Shown here piece by piece: positions 54,256 through 64,000 of a DNA stretch of 64,000 nt. Each line of letters opens with the position of its first letter. The first letter of the stretch is position 1. The translations under genes were made by a program, and so were the position numbers. The DNA is taken from contig OX597818.1 in the NCBI GenBank assembly GCA_951406725.2, positions 122,450,001 to 122,514,000 of the forward strand, given 5' to 3'. Source of the DNA: Octopus vulgaris. Lineage: Eukaryota. The notes beneath the pieces are model-generated. The model saw only the letters and a program-made list of their open reading frames with translations, was not told where the DNA came from and searched no databases.

Positions 54256-55497
54256 CAGGAGTTGGACAAAATAATGGAAGCAGCTTTAAATTTCAAACAA
54301 CTTTTTTGTAATATGGAGCAGGACCGCCTTTGGCAGTAATTACAGCTTGAATTCTACGACGTATAGACTCGTACAAAGTTTGAATTATTTCCAAAGGACT
54401 TTTTGTTCAGTCTTCAGCTAAAACAGTCTCGGTGGAGGATATTGACTCCTTACTTATTTTCCTAAAATGCACCATAAATGCTCAATAATATTGAGATCTG
54501 GGAACTGTGTTGGCCAGAAAAGATTTTCAACGTCACAAGAATGTTCCTCGTGCCTTTCAGTAACAACATAGCTGTGTGAATTGGAGCATTATCATCCTGA
54601 AAGATTGCGTTTCCTTCCGGAAATGGTTCTGCAATCATAGGATGAATTTGATCAGGTAAAATGCTAAAATAGTTTTCACCATTAATTCTGCCATGAGGGG
54701 GAACCATTGGCCTGGCAGATTTCCAAGATATAGCCCACCTCCCAGATCATCGCAGATTAACAGTTTAACAGTTAGAAGAAGGCAGTCTAGATCAAATGCT
54801 TCTTTTGGCTGTCCCCACAGGTATACTCGGTCGGTGGTCGGAAATAAGGTAAAGGATGACTCGTCCGAGAAAATAACATTCTTCCATTGCTCTAGGGATC
54901 AATTCTGTGGGTTTTTACTCCACTCTAAATGCTTTGCAACGTTTGTGTTTGAAAGTAGTGGTTTTCTGATTGCCGCACTCCCGTGAAATCCAGCTTTGCG
55001 CAACTTCGGGAAGAGTTATTGTGGAAACTGTGTTCTTGAGGTGGTCATTAAGTTCTGCAGTAGTTTGGGGAGCTGTACTTTTGTGATCTTTGTAATAATT
55101 CGTGTAAGAGTCTGACGGTCCTTATCTGAAAGTTCTGGTTTTCTTCCAGGGTTTTGTTTCGACCAGGAGGATTTTCCCTCTTTCTCAAAGGATGTCATTA
55201 CTTTCGGGACAGTACTTCTTGATTCACCAAACATTTCAGTTGTGTTCGTTACGCTATACGAGCACCAACAATTTGACCTCTTTGAAAGTACGATAGGTGT
55301 ATCATTTTAACGAATTTTAATTACCATTTTCTGATGATATCTGAAAAGAAACAGCAATTTTAGCAAAACATATTAAGGGGCACTAATAATAAATTTAAAA
55401 AAAAACTAAAAATAAACAATATTTTGACGGTTTCATAGATATTTCAAAATTATGATGCAATTATTCTAGATGTTTCCATTATTTTGTCCAACCCCTG
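54256..55497 (-). mobile_element. Tc1 (DD34E) transposon with both TIRs and TA TSD; transposase decayed
   Basis: TA|caggagttggacaaaataatggaagca ... tgtttccattattttgtccaacccctg|TA; FSDES, FQDDNAPIH, WPTQFPDLNIIEHLW remnants. Confidence 0.9.
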
Positions 55498-55665
55498 TAT
55501 TAATGAATATATAAGTATAAATACATACAATAATATATAGATATGCTACAGGATCCTATCACTATCTGCATGGTGAGATGTGCAAATATATATGCGTGTA
55601 GGAAGAGAGATGAGCGGAACTACTAAAAAAGGAGGTGGGCTAGGTGGGTAAATTCACACTGGTAG

Positions 55666-56080
55666 AGGCGTGGCTGTGTGGTAAGTAGCTTGCTAACCAA
55701 CCACATGGTTCTGGGTTCAATCCCACTGCGTGGCATCTTGGGCAAGTGTTTTCTGCTATAGCCCCGGGCCGACCAATCCTTGTGAGTGGATTTGGTAGAC
55801 GGAAACTGAAAGAAGCCTGTCGTATATATGTATATATATATATGTGTGTGTGTGTGTTTGCGTGTCTGTGTTTGTCTCCCTAGCATTGCTTGACAACCGA
55901 TGCTGGTGTGTGTTTACGTCCCCGTCAAATAGCGGTTCGGCAAAAAACTATAGAATAAGTTCTGAGTACTGGGCTTACAAAGAATAAGTCCCGGGGTCGA
56001 TTTGCTCGACTAAAGGCGGTGCTCCAGCATGGCCGCAGTCAAATGACTGAAACAAGTAAAAGAGTAAAAGAGTAAAGAGT
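55666..56080 (+). mobile_element. Family 1 SINE
   Basis: ggcgtggctgtgtggtaag...(agtaaaag)n tail. Confidence 0.9.
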
Positions 56081-56194
56081 AATTCTTTCCAGCAGATTAA
56101 ATTCCTGATGCACAGGCTTACATAGATAATACATACATTCATGCATGCATATATACATTCATATATACATGCATATAGACATAGATACATACGT

Positions 56195-56462
56195 ATCACG
56201 TGATCGACCACATTATCGGATGTTGATATAGATCGCTTTATATCGATTAACATTTCGAATGATGCCACCCACCTCGATAGGTGATCAGGTCAACATTCTC
56301 CATGGTTGGAGTCTGGCCCGTCGTAGATTTACCCAATTTACAACTGGGTGAATTGCAGCACCGTGAAATGAGATGTTTTGCTTAATAATACAACCAGCTC
56401 TCGGTCCGGGAATCGAACTCATGATCGCAAGATCGTAAGTGCAACATCCTAACCACGAGAAC
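56195..56462 (-). mobile_element. Decayed tRNA-derived SINE
   Basis: Minus-strand gtggttaggatg...gagttcgattcccggaccg head. Confidence 0.6.
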
Positions 56463-56473
56463 ATGTGTATGTG

Positions 56474-56541
<68 letters not shown>

Positions 56542-56576
56542 TGTGTGTAATATATATAGGTATACAATTCTACATA

Positions 56577-56625
<49 letters not shown>

Positions 56626-56776
56626 GTTATCCCATACTAATATGCCATTCTTATAAAAATAAGAATAAAGCTGTCCGTTTATTAGCTCCATGAGGCCAAC
56701 GCCTTAAGTTAGCTATTTGATACACAAGCTGTATCCATATAACCTTCGAACAAGGGACACCTACTGGTCTGGCTAC

Positions 56777-56818
56777 GCTGCATTGAAAAGGGGCAATACC
56801 CCGAAACACGTCTGTAGC
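56777..56818 (+). ncRNA. Type I HHR with U3-A8 core variant
   Basis: gctgca-TTGAAAA-GGGG-caata-CCCC-GAAAC-ac-GTC-tgtagc. Confidence 0.7.
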
Positions 56819-57139
56819 TGCCGGTCAAGTAGTGTGGAGCGACTGACCTCCCTTGTTCGAAGGTTATATGGATACAGTTTGTGTATCAAATAGCTAACTT
56901 AAGGCGATGGCCTCATGGAGCTAATAAGCGGACAGCTTTATTCTTATTTTTATAAGAATGCCATATTAGTATGGCGATAACTATTATTTTCCGGGAACGC
57001 TGCCGCTGTTCTCTTTTAGAGAGACTTAGTAATTTTAATATTTCTATTATTGAAAACAAGTGGATGTATTCCACCGAAACTAGGTAAATAAAACCATCGA
57101 ACAGAGATTGTCAGAAGCGACACCTACTGGTCTGGCTAC

Positions 57140-57181
57140 GCTGCATTGAAAAGGGGCAATACCCCGAAACGCGTCTGTAGC
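57140..57181 (+). ncRNA. Type I HHR with U3-A8 core variant (palindromic ACGCGT stem III)
   Basis: gctgca-TTGAAAA-GGGG-caata-CCCC-GAAAC-gc-GTC-tgtagc. Confidence 0.75.
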
Positions 57182-58040
57182 TGCCGGTCAAGTAGTGTAG
57201 AGCGACTGATCTCCCTTGTTCGAAGGTTATATGGATACAGTTTGTGTATCAAATAACTAACTTAAGGCGATGGCCTCATGGAGCTAATAAGCGGACAGCT
57301 TTATTCTTATTTTTATAAGAATGCCATATTAGTATGGCGATAACTATTATTTTCCGGGAACGCTGCTGGTGTTCTCTTTTAGAGAGACTTAGTAATTTTA
57401 ATATTTCTATTATATATATATATATATATATAAATATAAATATATATGCATACAAATATTTACCAATGTCTCTCTCTCTCTCTCTATCTACATACACACA
57501 TACATATACGCATGCATATATACCTGCACTATAACTTTCCCTTTCTCGCACACACACACACACACACATATAGACACTCATATGCAAATACACTCACACA
57601 CACACACACATATATATATATACATACATATACTACATATATATATATAAGCATGTCACACCAGCTATATATATATATTTATATATATAAGCATGTCACA
57701 CCAGCTATATGCTCGTCTTTATCTATCAAATCAAACGCATGCCTCATTGAATTCAATCAGAAGCATACATGCTCGCATACAAGAAACTATTTATTTGCAT
57801 TAATATATATTTAGCATATTGGGCACTGATTTCTTAGCTTCTCTGTTGGCAGCTTATTTTGATTGCGTGGAAGACAGGAATTCAGATTAATGCTTTCCAA
57901 GGTCTCGCTATGGAGAGGAATATATTTAATCATTTAATACACATATCCAGAAGCATGCATATATGATAACATCACGATATTTGCATTCATTCAGATAGTA
58001 CTCAATCCAGATATATCTACATTTAAATATGTGTGTACAC

Positions 58041-58089
<49 letters not shown>

Positions 58090-58092
<3 letters not shown>

Positions 58093-59060
58093 CGAGAGAA
58101 TTCACAAAAAACAAAAGACGAAGACAGGTGGTGTAGACAAGAAACAGATGTATTTAACGCTCGGGAAGTGAAAAAAGTTTTCGACGTTTCGAGCCTACAC
58201 TCTTCCACAGAAAGAAACAAGGAGAGAAAATAAAGAATGTGCAGTGGCTAGCGATCTATCATAACGAATGCCGGACAAACGGGTCACACATGAGAGCTAG
58301 GAAGAAGGGGAGATAATAAAGTAGTGGTGATCCCAAAACGAAGGTGCGCGTGCGTGTGTATAGGAGAGTATCTATATGCGTGAGGAAGAGGGCTGGTGAC
58401 CTTGACGTGTGCGTGTGTGTATGTGTATGTGTGTGGATGTGGGGCTGGGAAGTGGTCAGTGCTAGTGTTTGCGTGGTGGTGTGATGTGATGTGGTGTAGT
58501 GTTTTATGGTGGTATATGGGGTAGTGGTGTGTGGTGTGGTGGTCTTGGGAGGTGGGGGAGGCGAAACTGGGGAAAACAAGGGTGGGGTGTGCGTCAAGCT
58601 GAGGATAGGGGTAGAGGTGGGGTATGCGGGTAGGTATAGAGCAGGGATAGAGGGGGTAGATGGATGTGAGGGTTGGGATAGAGTGGAATGGGATGGATAG
58701 GGAAGGTGGGGTTGGATTGTGTAGGGGTAGGGTGAATTACGAGAGAGGGGTGACGATGAAGGGGAAGGGAGAAGGTAGGTAGGAGTGAAAAGAAGTAGGA
58801 GCCGGAGCAAGAGAGGAGAGGTGGGTGGGAGGAAGTAGGTGTGAGGGTGGGAAAATAGAGGGGAGGAGAGTTGAGCCCATTTGGCACAAATGAGCGAAGA
58901 GAATATTAATACCTGTTCACAGCGCAAACGGGAGTCAAGATCTCCCCTGTGCAAGGATAATCCGAACGCAGACAGGTGTTGCAAAGAGTAACCGGTAGAG
59001 CGGAAATGGCGTGTCTGTGTGTTTGTGCATGTAGGCGTTCGGTCTGTAATGGTGAAGACC
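58090..59060 (-). mobile_element. Penelope-like element 3' part: GIY-YIG C-terminus, C-rich UTR, HHR, (TA)n end
   Basis: RHFRSTGYSLQHLSAFGL...RLRCEQVLIF..(frameshift) PNGLN; HHR CTGTGGA-A-GAGT-gtag-GCTC-GAAAC-GTC at 58178-58214. Confidence 0.85.
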
Positions 59061-60285
59061 ATGACTAACATAATACCATCAATTTGGGAAAGGGTTTTAA
59101 ATCATATGATATTTAGAAAATCAGTATGCCAGTGGAATAGGAAATTGTTCTTGCCGAAACTTATAAAGGTGCTGATGGTTTATGTAGTAGCTCTTGGAGG
59201 ATTCCGCCTCGGGGCAGTTTGAAAATTAAAGAACATTTTCCTTTCCTTATAACCTTTAAATTTAAATGTGCAAAGCCAGTTGAGGCTAAAACATGATTTT
59301 TGTAAGTCGTACATGATAAGGGGTCCTGCCCTTGTATAGCATTTCAAACGGATGCTACCATAATTTTGAAAACATTGTTAGGTTGTTTTCTATATTGTAC
59401 AAATGATTTAGAATCCATTGTACTGTTGGGGAGAAAGACTGGTCGGTTTGAAACCATTTCAATTACAAAGGCTCTGAAATGCATTGTTAAGTACCGAATC
59501 CGAAACATGCTATTACAAAGTGGCCGAAGAAAAGTTATCTATAAGAAGTACTGCATTACTATACACATTAAAGATGGAACAGAATTATTTAGCTCAGAAG
59601 AATCCTGGCAAACAAGTATTGTGATACTTAACGCTTGTACACGTCAACCTCTTGCAAACTAGACTCGCGAAATTGCTTCGTCAGCAATCTTAAGTTCATA
59701 AAGAATGACGTTCACTGTGAATATTATAATATAGGGGATATATGCAGGGGAGAAATATGTATTCTAAATTTACATATTTGAGATCTCATATACACAATAT
59801 GTAATATAATGATTTAAAACCTTTTAAATTAACTTAGGCTTGCATTTAATGCAAAATACAAACACATCAAGTTCTGTTTAAAACATAGACATCAAGTAAA
59901 GTGTAGGCCTAAGGATGTGAAGTGAGATAACCGGAACCAAGCCTTTTATATAACAATGCCAACGATGGAGGTAGTATTACATCTGTCTTTAGAACCAGCT
60001 GCTGAAAGCAGCTGCCAGTTTTCATTTTCCCTAGAAATTTTATGCGAACAGTATTCAAGTTAGTTGTGAAGATAAAATGCAAATAATGTGCATATGTCTG
60101 TGTATGTGTACACGCTTGCACACAAACATGCACGCACACACACACGCGCTCACACACACACGCGCTCACACACACGCAGTGGAAACGTAGGTGTTAATTA
60201 TATATATATATGTATCTACAATATCTCTTGAAAGTATCGCCGAAGAGCAATGCACACGCTAAATACAAATACAGTCATGGCTTAT

Positions 60286-60513
60286 GTATCTATTTCTTTA
60301 CTACCCACAAGGGGCTAAACACAGAGGGGACAAACAAGGACAGACAAACGGATTAAGTCAATTATATCGGCCCCAGTGCGTAACTGGTACTTATTTAATC
60401 GACCCCGAAAGGATGAAAGGCAAAGTCGACCTCGGCGGAATTTGAACTCAGAATGTAACGGCAGACGAAATACGGTTACGCATTTCGCCCGGCGTGCTAA
60501 CGTTTCTGCCAGC
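60286..60513 (-). mobile_element. Family 2 SINE
   Basis: Very similar to 20808-21020. Confidence 0.9.
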
Positions 60514-62693
60514 ATAAAGAGGTAGAAACTTTGATTAAGCAGATATCATTCAGGGAACAATTATAAAACAATTATAAAATGATGAATTTAAAAGGTAAAA
60601 CAATCAGACAAGGGAGATAACTCTAATAGCGACAGCTCAACGACATTTTTGGTGAAATTTAAACGGTGGGGGTGAGATCTAGTTTCCGTACATAACTACC
60701 TTCTATTATTTTTCAAAACTTTCGACGAATTTCTCTCGTTGCAGCTATCCGTTTTTCTTATTAACGTTTAGATTTTACATACGCCGAGAGGGAAAGTTTG
60801 CTTATAAATTGCATTAAGAATCCCTCTTAGTCGAAGTTTTCCAAATCACTATGTTACATATGTATGACTACTATGTATATGTGTGTTTGTCTGTATGTGT
60901 GTGTGTGTTTGCATGTGTGTGTATGCTTGAGTGTACTTGGAGTGGGTGCTTTTGTGTGTGTATTTTTGTAGTTATGTACCTGTGTGTGCATCTATGTATA
61001 ATTTTACGTACTCATATATTATTGATCCAGGAAAGACAGACTATATCGGTTGACCCCCAAAGTTATTTGTGCTAAATTTATAATTGAAAAATATTATTGA
61101 TGTTGCTGATCTGCATTATTGATCCGAATATACATCTTGCTAATCTTAGATGATAGAAAGCTGAAGGTTATATCTGATAAATGTAATGTTAATACCAGCC
61201 GTGTCAAAGGTGACCGACCAAATATGTGGAGTTCATGTTGGCAATGACTTATTGACGAATACCATACACAATCGTTGCTAACAATAACTACTCTAATAGT
61301 ATTTGTAAATTTTTCTTCTGTTTTCATACGCTTGAGGTTTGAGATTAATTGCGTGGAGTTGGCAGGAAGATATACTCATTTTTTTTCTCTCTCTGCTTCT
61401 CTCAAGGGTATTAATCTTGAGAATGATGTGAGGCCTTTGAAAGTGAGAATCGATAGCTGACATTACATACCTCTTGTCTACAACTCTCACTGCTATGGTT
61501 GTATAAAGCTTACCAATCGTTCTTGAACGGAATACTGAGTAATCAGCTACTGTACCGTTGTACGACTGTTGTTGGAGAAAATTTATGGTAAAATCAACAG
61601 ACATTCACCTAGCATCCTATGTGATTGTTCACTAAAATTAAGTTTTGAAAATATAAATCGATTCAAAGGATTTATTTACACAGCATTTCCTTGGCCTACT
61701 TCAATCAAATGAATATTATCAAATGCATCGGATGTGACAGTTCAGCCAGGTAAAGCTGGTTTACTCAGTATTAAATTTTTTCTTTTTTGATTAAATGGGC
61801 GAGAATCATTTAGTAGTTATGAAATTTCCATTCGTGAAGAACATATCAACGTCTATGATTGTCTCTAATTGCTTCACCATTTTGATTGCAGGTACGAAGG
61901 AGTATGACAGAGATACAATTGGAAATTTATATAAAATCTTATTAATCCAAAACCTACGCCTCAGACCCAGCTAAGAGTATAATTTACAAAGGCCTATGAA
62001 TACTTCAAAAGGACATAGGGGAATAATCCCTACTTATTTAGATATTCTTCCCGCAAACGCAGCTGTGGTCAGTCACAATTAGCAACTGAAAAGTATGCTT
62101 ACAGCTAACAATTTACAATGGAAAAATCTTACCCCAACAATAAGAAACCTTATGAAATGTCTATTACATAGAATTTGGTTATGTGTTGTAACAAACATCC
62201 AATCCTTAATTTAAAAAAATATATAACATTCTGTAAAGACTCCTTCCTTCTTGCACACAAACCACCACGTTTAGGAATACGTTCAACCAAAATTTAGTTT
62301 CCATCAGTGACATCATTCTCTATGAAATTTTACTCTCACACATTATTTCTATCATTGCATTTATCCACTGACTTAATATGATTGACTTTCTTAATTATTA
62401 TCACATCTTTAACACATAATTTAAATAATTAGTTTTGAATTTACTGTCGAAATGTCGTCTTAATAACTTTCAACTTTTCTTTAATTCCCATTTAATTAAA
62501 TACACAGTTTATTATGCGTGTATTGGTCTTATATCACAGGTCAGTTTTAATTTCGATATTGAGTTGCTTGTGGTGAGTGGTGAACCCACCTTTTTGTTTT
62601 AGCTTGATTCAGGAGCTCATTCTTTAACCACTTCTTACAATAATTCAGTTCACGTTAACGTTTTAACATAAATTACGCACACATACGCATGCA

Positions 62694-62816
<123 letters not shown>

Positions 62817-64000
62817 AAGTATTTACACGTGTGATCTGCACGAGAAAGCCTCATTGTGTTCATTCGACAGGCTAGAAATAATGACCAAATCTGTCTTCAT
62901 ACACCTAATGCTTCCTTTAAAAAGAACAAACAGGATCATTTTATACAGAATGAACTATGTCTGAACGCAAGATTGGATCGTCACGGATGGAATATTCTTG
63001 GTCATAACACTGATTGATCAGCAGTCCATCAAAGTAAATAACAATAAAAATATGAGTGCTTGCGAGCGTATGTGTGTATGTGTGTGCAAGTGAGCTACTG
63101 TGTATTGTGTGTGCGTGTGAGCGTTTAGTGTGCGTGTGTATATGGGTGTGTGCGTATGTCTATATATGTATATTCTTAGATATATATGTATAAACAAAGT
63201 ATTACCTTTTGATGTCTTTGGTCGGTAGCTATGGCAATTATGTAGCTATCCAAACCATTACGTATGTACACTAACGGTTTCTTTTTAAAGACTGAAATTG
63301 CAACCACAATTCGCCGATCCAAATCGTCTTATATTGTAAGTATTTTAGTTTCGATTTATAGCTGATCGATGTTTGCTATTCAGTGTAACTTGTAATTATG
63401 GGAAATGCATTATTGCTTTTTCTCTACAATTTGCTGTAATTCGTTTTGGAGAGTCTGGTGCGCAAGAAGAATGACATTATTCAGTACCGTATGTTCCATC
63501 TTACGGGGAGTAGTGTGTTAATCTGGGGATTTTCTGTTTTCCAGTCTCTTCCTATGTATCCGCAGCGAATTCTTCCCAGGATAACATTGCAATAACCAAA
63601 CGAAATTATTTAAGCCGCTCTGTGGTTCGTTCTGCAAGAAGAGCCACGTGTTTCATTCCTGGGATTTAGTTACTCAGCGGTCCTGAAAGTATAACCACCA
63701 ACCATATAACTGGATTTTTTTTTCCCATTTTGCCAACGCATACGCTGTTTCAGAACTTTAATTATTTAATCATCACCACCATCGAATATAGAATACAAAT
63801 GAATAAAAATGATGCCTGTAATTCACTGTATTTTACGCAGTAATGCTTCTTACTCGCATGTCAAACTTGAGCAGATAGTTTTGATACGACATTAATAGCC
63901 AGACTAAACTACTAGAGCTCTTACGGAGTGCTACCTAGACTTTACACTGCGGATCTGAAAGTATGTTTATTAAACGCACTCATGCAAAACTTTTCATAAA

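Larger units (their letters stand above)
56622..57413 (+). mobile_element. PLE-type/retrozyme-like element: inverted arm plus 363-bp tandem repeat, in (TA)n
   Basis: 56622-56756 approximately the reverse complement of 56849-56985; 56757-57050 repeated at 57120-57413. Confidence 0.85.

Noticed and set aside
58259-59071. 270-aa ORF as a real protein
   Set aside because: Only about 45 residues are GIY-YIG-like; the rest is frameshifted read-through of a C-rich UTR
63440-63545. Tc1-like GSSVLIWG snippet
   Set aside because: Too short; no supporting DDE motifs or TIRs

Overview
AT-rich eukaryotic non-coding DNA, saturated with microsatellites ((TA)n, (CA)n, (TATC)n, (TAA)n, (CTA)n). The repeat families resemble those of an octopus or other coleoid cephalopod (inference from SINE and microsatellite content). 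I could not support any host protein-coding exon, and almost all listed ORFs are microsatellite or antisense artefacts. The window holds dozens of tRNA-derived SINE copies from about 4 families, two decayed Tc1/mariner-superfamily transposons (DD37D maT-like and DD34E Tc1), two non-autonomous Helitrons, two REL-endonuclease LINEs (R4/Dong-like; one young and sitting in a (TAA)n tract), two Penelope-like (PLE) coding remnants and a 249-bp satellite. The most notable signal is roughly 15 type-I hammerhead ribozyme (HHR) motifs from about 8 short non-coding element families. They sit almost always in or against (TA)n tracts, often as tandem copies plus a 5'-inverted copy. Several have non-canonical cores, including a compensatory U3-A8 core and an extended stem II with a shared ACG/AA internal loop.
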